NCBI GenBank assembly: GCA_046757525.1
Contig: JBHHYI010000026.1
Coordinates: forward strand, 1 to 35,120
DNA from: a bacterium
GTDB lineage: Bacteria > Zhuqueibacterota > Zhuqueibacteria > Oceanimicrobiales > Oceanimicrobiaceae
Length of the DNA: 35,120 nucleotides
Direction: 5' to 3'
Each line of letters opens with the position of its first letter. Position 1 is the first letter of the stretch. The translations under genes and the position numbers were made by a program. This document shows positions 7,775 through 14,406 of the stretch, one piece after another. The notes beneath the pieces were generated by a model that searched no databases, was not told the origin of the DNA, and was given only the letters and a program-made list of their open reading frames with translations.

Positions 7775-9164
7775 AATATTCCTTTTCTCCCCTCAACAAG
7801 ATATTCAAAATCAGATTCAACAAAATTCCCAGAACTACCGCTAACACCACGGTATTGGTGAGCAACAGCTTGAGGAACGCCGGTAGTTGGCTTAACCAGG
7901 GCTCGCCTAAGCCGTACTTGGCGTAGGTGGGAACAGTGATGGCGCAAATCAGGGTCGTGCCGACCAGAAGAAAGTTAGCCGTGGTGTTTTTTGCGGCAGT
8001 CAGCAACTTGATTCCGGACATGGCGATCATGCCGGTTACCAGCACGAAAACACCGCCCAGCACCGCTCGCGGCATGGCCACCAGCAGGGCGCCAAACTTG
8101 GGGCAGAGGCCGTATAGCAGCAGAATCACCGCGGCGATCTGCACCACGAAGCGACTGGCCACACGAGTCGTGGCGATGATGCCGATGTTTTGCGTGTAGC
8201 TGGTGCAGGGCAGGCCGCCAAACACGGTAGCAACCGCGCTGCCCAGGCCTTCGGCAAAGATGCCGCGGTTCATGTGGCCAACGCGGTAGACCTCGCCGCA
8301 GACGGCGCAGGTGGCGGCATAATCGCCCAGCGATTCCACCATGGAGCCTAAATAGCCAGCTAAAATGGCCAGAAATGCTGCCACACCGAATTCCCAGCCG
8401 AAACCAGGCCCACCGTAGGGAAACAATTTCGGCAGAGCAAACCAGGGCTTCTGCGCTACCAGGGTCCAGTTGACCTCACCCAGCAGTCCCGAACCCCCCA
8501 GACCGATCAACCAGATGGCGATGAAAATGGCTCCGCGGGAAAGGATTCCCCCAAATACGTTTTGGAAGCGAATTTGCAGTACAAAAATCAAGCCGATGAC
8601 TGCACCGGCCAGGATGAAATTCAACAACCTTCCGTCTCCGATCATCAGCCGTATGGCCACCTGACCCAGGGCCATGCCGATGCTGAGGACGACGACGCCG
8701 GAAACCACGGTGGGAAAGAGCTTGCGCAAATATTTCAGGATTCTCGAAGCGCCCACCAGCATTTCGATGAGACCGCCGACGAAGACGCCGCCCCACATGA
8801 CGCCGGCCCCCATCTGGGTGGCGATGGGCGCCAGCGTGCCGGTCAGCGTCGCCGAAGGCCCCTGGATGATGGGCAAGCGGTTGCCGATGGTGGTCTGAAG
8901 CAGCGTGGCTACGCCCATAGCGAACAGACAGTAGTTGATAAACTGGGCTTGCTGCCAAGCTGACATGCCGATGGCCGCTGCCACCGCCAGTGGCAGAATG
9001 AAGGGGGAAATGTCTACCAGCGTGTGCTGCCAGCCGTAGAGCAAGCATTCCCACCAGGTGCCGGGTCGTTCTTCAATCCCGTAGACCGGGGTCGCGATGC
9101 TCGGCGTTTGTTCCCAGACGCTTTCATCCGTCGCTCGAGACACTGGCCCTTCGATTCTCGACAT
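7758..9164 (-). CDS. NCS2 (xanthine/uracil) nucleobase permease
   Basis: Multiple TM segments, QH in TM1 (GWQHTL), ESLGD, and the NAT signature TSYTQNIGIIATTRVASR. Confidence 0.93.
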   Translation of the reverse strand: MSRIEGPVSRATDESVWEQTPSIATPVYGIEERPGTWWECLLYGWQHTLVDISPFILPLAVAAAIGMSAWQQAQFINYCLFAMGVATLLQTTIGNRLPIIQGPSATLTGTLAPIATQMGAGVMWGGVFVGGLIEMLVGASRILKYLRKLFPTVVSGVVVLSIGMALGQVAIRLMIGDGRLLNFILAGAVIGLIFVLQIRFQNVFGGILSRGAIFIAIWLIGLGGSGLLGEVNWTLVAQKPWFALPKLFPYGGPGFGWEFGVAAFLAILAGYLGSMVESLGDYAATCAVCGEVYRVGHMNRGIFAEGLGSAVATVFGGLPCTSYTQNIGIIATTRVASRFVVQIAAVILLLYGLCPKFGALLVAMPRAVLGGVFVLVTGMIAMSGIKLLTAAKNTTANFLLVGTTLICAITVPTYAKYGLGEPWLSQLPAFLKLLLTNTVVLAVVLGILLNLILNILLRGEKEYYETQT

Positions 9165-9282
9165 CTCGCCTCGCTTTCCTTGGTTGAGTTGGTTTAGACA
9201 GGGCTACATCTTTACGGCGCTAAATCTCATCGCCTTTTCAAGGTGGTATGTCTGGCACCTTGTCCGAAACCGCAGAGATTAC

Positions 9283-9903
9283 TCAATCCCAATGCTCTTT
9301 CTGGTACTGCCATGCTTCCCGTGGCGTCAGCGCCACCGTACTCGCAAACCGGCGCACGTAAAATTCTTCCTGATTGCCCTTTTGTTTGTTTTTCAAAAAT
9401 ACCGGCTCGGACGCTTTCTCTTGGACTTCCACCACGCAGATTTCCTTGCCCTCGATGGCGGCGAACTCGACGTGCAGATAGCGCGCGTACTGGTTGCCGA
9501 GATAGTTGGCCACGAGGTTGTCTAGGTGTTTGCGCAAGGCGTCTTGCTTGTTGCTATCTTTGAAACTGCCGTAATCCGGCTGCAGGCCGAGCAGAGCGCC
9601 GTCATCCCCGACGCCGAGGAAAAGCACGCCGCCCGCGGAGTTGAGGAAGGCCGCGAGGGTCTTCAGAGCCGCGTGCTCCACGTAGGCTTGCGGCGATTTC
9701 TGCTTGAGACAGTAGCGCAACGTGGACTTGAACTCCACCTGCTCGTTCTCGCCGGCGGCGATGCGTGCCTTGAGTTGCTCCCGGCGGGCGTCTTGCGGGC
9801 TTAACCCTGACAGGGCTTCAAGCCCTGTCAGGGTTGGCTTGGGCGGTTTGATGTCCGCGTATTTCGCCAGCTTGGGGTAGCGCCGGGCAAACCAGGTCTC
9901 CAC
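9283..9903 (-). CDS. AlbA_2/Schlafen-like domain; most likely the frameshift-separated C-terminus of the type IIG R-M gene
   Basis: Motifs GENEQVEFKS and AFLNSAGGVLFLGVGDDG. The frame stays open upstream to about 10107 and encodes the IIG-type tail EQKEIDRLVYQLYGLNEADI. Confidence 0.8.
   Translation of the reverse strand: METWFARRYPKLAKYADIKPPKPTLTGLEALSGLSPQDARREQLKARIAAGENEQVEFKSTLRYCLKQKSPQAYVEHAALKTLAAFLNSAGGVLFLGVGDDGALLGLQPDYGSFKDSNKQDALRKHLDNLVANYLGNQYARYLHVEFAAIEGKEICVVEVQEKASEPVFLKNKQKGNQEEFYVRRFASTVALTPREAWQYQKEHWD
9803..9835. repeat. Perfect 33-bp palindrome (REP-like), in frame within the linker before the AlbA_2 domain
   Basis: AACCCTGACAGGGCTT-C-AAGCCCTGTCAGGGTT; related to the palindrome at 21246-21278. 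Confidence 0.75.
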
Positions 9904-10025
9904 TTCGTTGATATCTGCCTCGTTCAGGCCGTAGAGCTGGTAGACCAGGCGGTCGATTTCTTTTTGTTCGTTGGCGAGGTATGCGTAGTTTTTTCTCTTA
10001 GTTTGCTTGGAAATAATTGTCCTAA

Positions 10026-13000
10026 CTAATGAGTGAATTTGTTGAAATAGTTCATTTCTAACCGAGAATACCGCTTCAGAAATGTCACCAGCATCGAATG
10101 AACAGTGCTATTAATAAATATTTTTTGTATGTATCTTGTTAATTTGGAACAAAGAATGGCCAAAAGTTCCTCAACTTCATGATGACTGCAAAAAATGCAA
10201 GATCCTTCTTTGTCATAAACACTCGGACTGTGATAACGAAATGTCGCTGCATAGATTCCTGTTGGTGAAAACGTTACACCACGCCTGAAATAAGTTTCTT
10301 TATTCTGAAATCTTGAACAGAGTTTGTTATTCCCTCCGGCCTTACCGTAAAACTTGTTCCGCTCCGCCGTTGTGAGAGTCTTTAGCCTTGCAACCGCTTC
10401 CGAACTCCAATCCAAAAAATAATCCGTCGGCACATAATAATTGGGCAGCCACCCTTCGTCGGTGTCACTTTCGCCGCCTTTGTCGTAGGGCACGATGTAG
10501 CGCCCGCCAAACCAGCGCTGCGGATCAAATGGTTTTTCATCTTTGCTCTTGTGAAACCCGTGTTCGATGATTTTCAGGCGCAGCGCCTCGTCGGCGTGGA
10601 TTTTCGCCAGGTCGGCCTCGGTCAGCAAAAATTGGCGGTACTCATTGATGTTCTTGTAGCTGCCGCGAGCCTCGGGATTCTGGTAGAGATAATAGTGGTT
10701 ATCGCCGGTAGCCAGGCCTTGCTTCACTTCCGCAATGTCGCCAAACTGGAGCAGCCGGATTTTTTTGCCGTTCAGGGCAATTTTCCGCACCGTAACCTCC
10801 TTCTGCCCCTCCGCGGTTTTCACCGTCGTCGTTTCGGTTTCGCAGGTGGTGTCGTTCAGCAATTGGAACAGCCTGGGGCTGCCCACAATAATGGGCAGGT
10901 TGGAGTTGATGTGCGGCAGGCTCTGGGGGTAGGTGTACACAGCGTACTCGGGCGTGGCCGTGCCGGCCAGGCGGTCCAGGCGGTAGAGCTTGTTGCGGAA
11001 TTCCGGTACGTTCTTGCGGGTGGAGAGGTTGGTGAGGTCGGCAGCAATAACCCCCCTTAGTCCCCCCTTGTCAAGGGGGGAAATCTTTTGCGCGGCCCTC
11101 TTTTTAAACGGGGAACCAAGTAGTTTCCACTCCTTGCCAAGGAGGGGGTTAGGGGGAGGTTCTTCTCTTCCCGTACCCATCACCGCCTCAGGGGGAGATT
11201 CCTTCACCACCGTCAAGATACACGCATTCACCGTCGCCTTGAAACAGTCCGGGTGCAGCCGGATGATCTTACGCAACTGCCACTGCAGGACCTGTTTGCG
11301 CAGCGCCAAATGCGACTTGATGGTGAGCCAGGTATCCGAGATGATAAAGCAGAGCACGCCGCCGGGCCGCACCAGTTTTTGCAAAGCCATGCTGGTGAAC
11401 ACGCCGTAGCTGTCCTTGCTGCCGAGACGGTACTTTTCTTTGACCGTGTTTTCTACCTTCACGCCATACGGCGGATTGGCGATGACGATGTCGAAGCCAT
11501 CTTTTTCCAGCAGCACATCGTGAAAAAACAGGTGCCAGAGAAAATACGGCTTCTCCTGGAATTCCTGCACCTCGTGCAGTGTCTGCTCTTTTTTGGCCGC
11601 CAGCTCCAGCTCTTTTTGCAGCCGGACGATGGTCTTCGCTTCTTTTGAAGTTTGCCGGTAGCGCTCGCGGGCCTTGTCACTGAGCGTTTTCAGCTTGTCC
11701 TCCAGCGATTTATTGGCGCGTTCGATAAGGCCTTCAATTTCAAACTTTTCCTTGTCAACTAGAAACGCCAGTTCTCGGTGTATAAACTTGCCGATGCGCT
11801 CGTGCAGCTCTTTCTTGGTCTGCTGATCGTGGGCGTTGTAATATTCTTTCACCCAATATTTGAGTTTTTCTTTCTCATCGGTGGTAAAAGAGATGGTTTT
11901 CTGTGCTGGTTCGAACTCCTCGCCTAAGTGCATGGTTTTGCCGGCAGGTTCGACAAGTTGCATATCCGGTTCAGTGAGGCGGTCCAGGGGAATGCCCTCA
12001 AACTCCTCTTTCAGAGAGTCGCCTTGCATGATCTTGTAGTCGAGGTTGGGGAGCGGTTTCGGCAAGTCTTCGTCGACGATGAGCGCCAGCCAGAAGCGCA
12101 GCCGCGCGATGTCCACGGCGCCCTGATCGATATCCACGCCGTAAATGGAGTTTTGCACGATTTTGAATTTCTCTTCGCTGTAGTCGAAATGCCTTTTGCC
12201 GGGCAGATCCTGTTTGAGGCGCAGGATCTCGTAAACCATGCCCATGGGAAAAGCGCCGGAACCGATGGCCGGGTCGCAGATTTTGACCGCAGAAAGGGCA
12301 CGCTCGATGTCGCCCGCCAGCTTTTCTAGGGTTTTCAAGTCGACTTTTTCAATCTGGGTGACGAAGGCGTCGACTTCCTCCAGCTCTTTTGCGCTGGCTT
12401 TATTTTGCAGGACACGGTGCAGGTGCAGCCGCAGGCTCTCTTTGCACATGTAGTGCACCACTTCCTTGGGGGTGTAATAGGTGCCTTTTTTGCGGTTGTC
12501 TTCCAGCAAGTTCTCGAAGATGAGCCCCAGCATCTCCGGGTCGATGCCGACGTCCTGGTCATCGGGACTGTTTTCATCGATGGTGAAATTGAAGCGGTCG
12601 AAAAATTCGAACAGGTCCGCAAACAGGGGCTGTTTGAATTGGACGTCCACCGGCTCGATGGGGTCGCGATCGAAAAGCCCGCCGTTCAGGTACGGGATCT
12701 TAACTCTGACAGAATTCAAAGCTCTGCCAGAGTTGATTTCAAACAGGTCGCCGGCGCGTTTGCGGTTCAGGGTTTGGGAAAATAGCGGCACCAGGCAACC
12801 GGTATAAAAGTCGTTTTTGTCCATGAAATTCTGAAAAAGCTGACTGAGAAAGTCTTTGGCGCCAGCGCCCCAGGTTTGGCCTTCGGGTACGCCAAGCCAA
12901 CCCTTCTTCTGCAGAAAATAGAGAAACACGATGCGGCCCAGCAGCTTTTTGGCAAAGTTACGGGCGAGACGTTCGGCTTCTTCTCGTTTCTCTTTTTCGC

Positions 13001-13664
13001 TTTCCCCGCGGGCATGTTCGAGAAAGTGCACAAACTGTTCGGAATCGATGAGAAACGCCTCGAAGCGTTCAAAGTGCTGCCGGTACTCCTTGAAGAATTC
13101 GTTGGAAACGCGCTCGACCGAAAAGGCTTTGAGCAGGTCCTCCAGCTCCGGCGACGCTTTTTGGGAAAGGCTGTGGAAGAGAATTTCGAAGCGTTCGACA
13201 GGCGTGCGCACGGTTTCGGTTTCACCCAGGACAAAGGTGTAGCGTTTGGGGTGGGTCTCAAAGCGCACCACCTGGCTCTCTTCGTCCCAGGAGAGCGATT
13301 TGGAAATCAGGGAAACCCGCCAGTCACGGGCCTGCGGGTTGAAATAGACAGCGAGAATGGCGTCGACGTCGCCGGGGATGACGTCTGCATGCAGCAGGTT
13401 GCGCAACCCCACTCGGTTGCGGGTGACATTTCTGCCGGACACCAGCTCGGCTTCGTAAAACGCCACTACGGTTTTGTCCTCAAGGACACACCGGCCAAAG
13501 CGTTTGATGGATTTGGCGATGCGGTGCTGTTGTAATTCTTCCTGCCTGACCTCCTCGGGTGTGGCAAAAAACTCGCGCTTCGGGAAGATGGCGGTGAGCA
13601 GCGCCTTCCAGTTTTCGGCGTCGTATTTTTGTTCAAAGATGGTTTTGAGTTCGATTCTGGTCAT
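10026..13664 (-). CDS. Type IIG (Eco57I-like) restriction-modification enzyme with N6-adenine MTase; frameshifted near 10096
   Basis: Motifs PYLNGGLF, IDPEMLGLIFE, GTYYTPKEVV, motif I CDPAIGSGAF and motif IV IANPPYG, followed by a C-terminal TRD-like region. Confidence 0.88.
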   Translation of the reverse strand: MTRIELKTIFEQKYDAENWKALLTAIFPKREFFATPEEVRQEELQQHRIAKSIKRFGRCVLEDKTVVAFYEAELVSGRNVTRNRVGLRNLLHADVIPGDVDAILAVYFNPQARDWRVSLISKSLSWDEESQVVRFETHPKRYTFVLGETETVRTPVERFEILFHSLSQKASPELEDLLKAFSVERVSNEFFKEYRQHFERFEAFLIDSEQFVHFLEHARGESEKEKREEAERLARNFAKKLLGRIVFLYFLQKKGWLGVPEGQTWGAGAKDFLSQLFQNFMDKNDFYTGCLVPLFSQTLNRKRAGDLFEINSGRALNSVRVKIPYLNGGLFDRDPIEPVDVQFKQPLFADLFEFFDRFNFTIDENSPDDQDVGIDPEMLGLIFENLLEDNRKKGTYYTPKEVVHYMCKESLRLHLHRVLQNKASAKELEEVDAFVTQIEKVDLKTLEKLAGDIERALSAVKICDPAIGSGAFPMGMVYEILRLKQDLPGKRHFDYSEEKFKIVQNSIYGVDIDQGAVDIARLRFWLALIVDEDLPKPLPNLDYKIMQGDSLKEEFEGIPLDRLTEPDMQLVEPAGKTMHLGEEFEPAQKTISFTTDEKEKLKYWVKEYYNAHDQQTKKELHERIGKFIHRELAFLVDKEKFEIEGLIERANKSLEDKLKTLSDKARERYRQTSKEAKTIVRLQKELELAAKKEQTLHEVQEFQEKPYFLWHLFFHDVLLEKDGFDIVIANPPYGVKVENTVKEKYRLGSKDSYGVFTSMALQKLVRPGGVLCFIISDTWLTIKSHLALRKQVLQWQLRKIIRLHPDCFKATVNACILTVVKESPPEAVMGTGREEPPPNPLLGKEWKLLGSPFKKRAAQKISPLDKGGLRGVIAADLTNLSTRKNVPEFRNKLYRLDRLAGTATPEYAVYTYPQSLPHINSNLPIIVGSPRLFQLLNDTTCETETTTVKTAEGQKEVTVRKIALNGKKIRLLQFGDIAEVKQGLATGDNHYYLYQNPEARGSYKNINEYRQFLLTEADLAKIHADEALRLKIIEHGFHKSKDEKPFDPQRWFGGRYIVPYDKGGESDTDEGWLPNYYVPTDYFLDWSSEAVARLKTLTTAERNKFYGKAGGNNKLCSRFQNKETYFRRGVTFSPTGIYAATFRYHSPSVYDKEGSCIFCSHHEVEELLAILCSKLTRYIQKIFINSTVHSMLVTFLKRYSRLEMNYFNKFTH
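11048..11198. repeat. In-frame intragenic copy of the DUF559-flanking palindromic repeat unit
   Basis: TAACCCCCCTTAGTCCCCCCTTGTCAAGGGGGGAAA differs by one base from 13678-13713. It is translated as ...EEPPPNPLLGKEW...SPLDKGGLRGVI. Confidence 0.85.
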
Positions 13665-13677
13665 GGTGTTTGTACTT

Positions 13678-13850
13678 TAACCCCCCTTAGTCCCCCCTTG
13701 TGAAGGGGGGAAATTAAACTTCTGAAGTCCCCTCGCAAAGGGGGGAAATTGGTTCCCCCTCCTTCGCAAGGAGGGGGTTAGGGGGAGGTTGTCGCTGGCT
13801 CCCCTTAGTTTGCCCTTCGTAAGGACGGAAATTATCAGTCAGGGGGAGGT
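13678..13850. repeat. REP-like palindrome cluster downstream of DUF559
   Basis: CCCCCCTTGTGAAGGGGGG, CCCCCTCCTTCGCAAGGAGGGGG-TTAGGGGGAGG and degenerate copies. Confidence 0.85.
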
Positions 13851-14222
13851 TTTCTCCTTCTTCAGCTCCTCCAACTTCTCCAAAATAACCATCAACACCC
13901 CATCCAGGGAATCATAAACTTCCAAATTTGTAAACCGCAAAAAAGTCACGCCAAACGTGCGAATGTAGTCTTCTCTGGCCCGGTCGTATGCTTGCGCTTC
14001 TTCGGTAAAGTGTGTGGCACCATCGACTTCAACGGCCAGTTTTACCTCTGGACAGTAGAAGTCCAGTACGAATTGATCGATGCTGTACTGGCGTCTGAAT
14101 TTGAAGCCGCCGATTTGTTTGCCCCGAAGATGCTGCCACAGAATTCGTTCCGCATCGGTGGCATTTTTTCGCAGCGTCCGGCGTTTGTGTTTTTCAGAGC
14201 TTTTGTTGTAATGTTGGGTCAT
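13839..14222 (-). CDS. DUF559 (Vsr-like) endonuclease-domain protein
   Basis: LRKNATDAERILWQHLR, KFRRQY, LDFYCPEVKLAVEVDGATH, LRFTN. Confidence 0.92.
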   Translation of the reverse strand: MTQHYNKSSEKHKRRTLRKNATDAERILWQHLRGKQIGGFKFRRQYSIDQFVLDFYCPEVKLAVEVDGATHFTEEAQAYDRAREDYIRTFGVTFLRFTNLEVYDSLDGVLMVILEKLEELKKEKTSP

Positions 14223-14229
14223 TGTTCTT

Positions 14230-14406
14230 TAACCCCCCTTAGTCCCCTCTTGTCAACGGGGAAAATTGGAAGTTGGGCTCCCCCTTGCTAGGGGTGAACC
14301 TCTTGTTTTCCTCATCACGGCAAAAACCGGTTCCCCCTCCTTCACAAGGAGGGGGTTAGGGGGAGGTTGCCCTCCTCAACGTGAAGCATGAGGTCAGGGA
14401 GAGGTC
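14230..14406. repeat. REP-like palindrome cluster upstream of DUF559
   Basis: TAACCCCC...TTAGTCCCCTCTTGTCAACGGGG and GGTTCCCCCTCCTTCACAAGGAGGGGGTTAGGGGGAGGTT, a direct repeat of the 13678 cluster. Confidence 0.85.

Noticed and set aside
10090..10100. Programmed or phase-variable frameshift in the R-M gene
   Set aside because: No slippery heptamer, homopolymer or simple repeat lies at the inferred site. Mutation or sequencing error is more likely.
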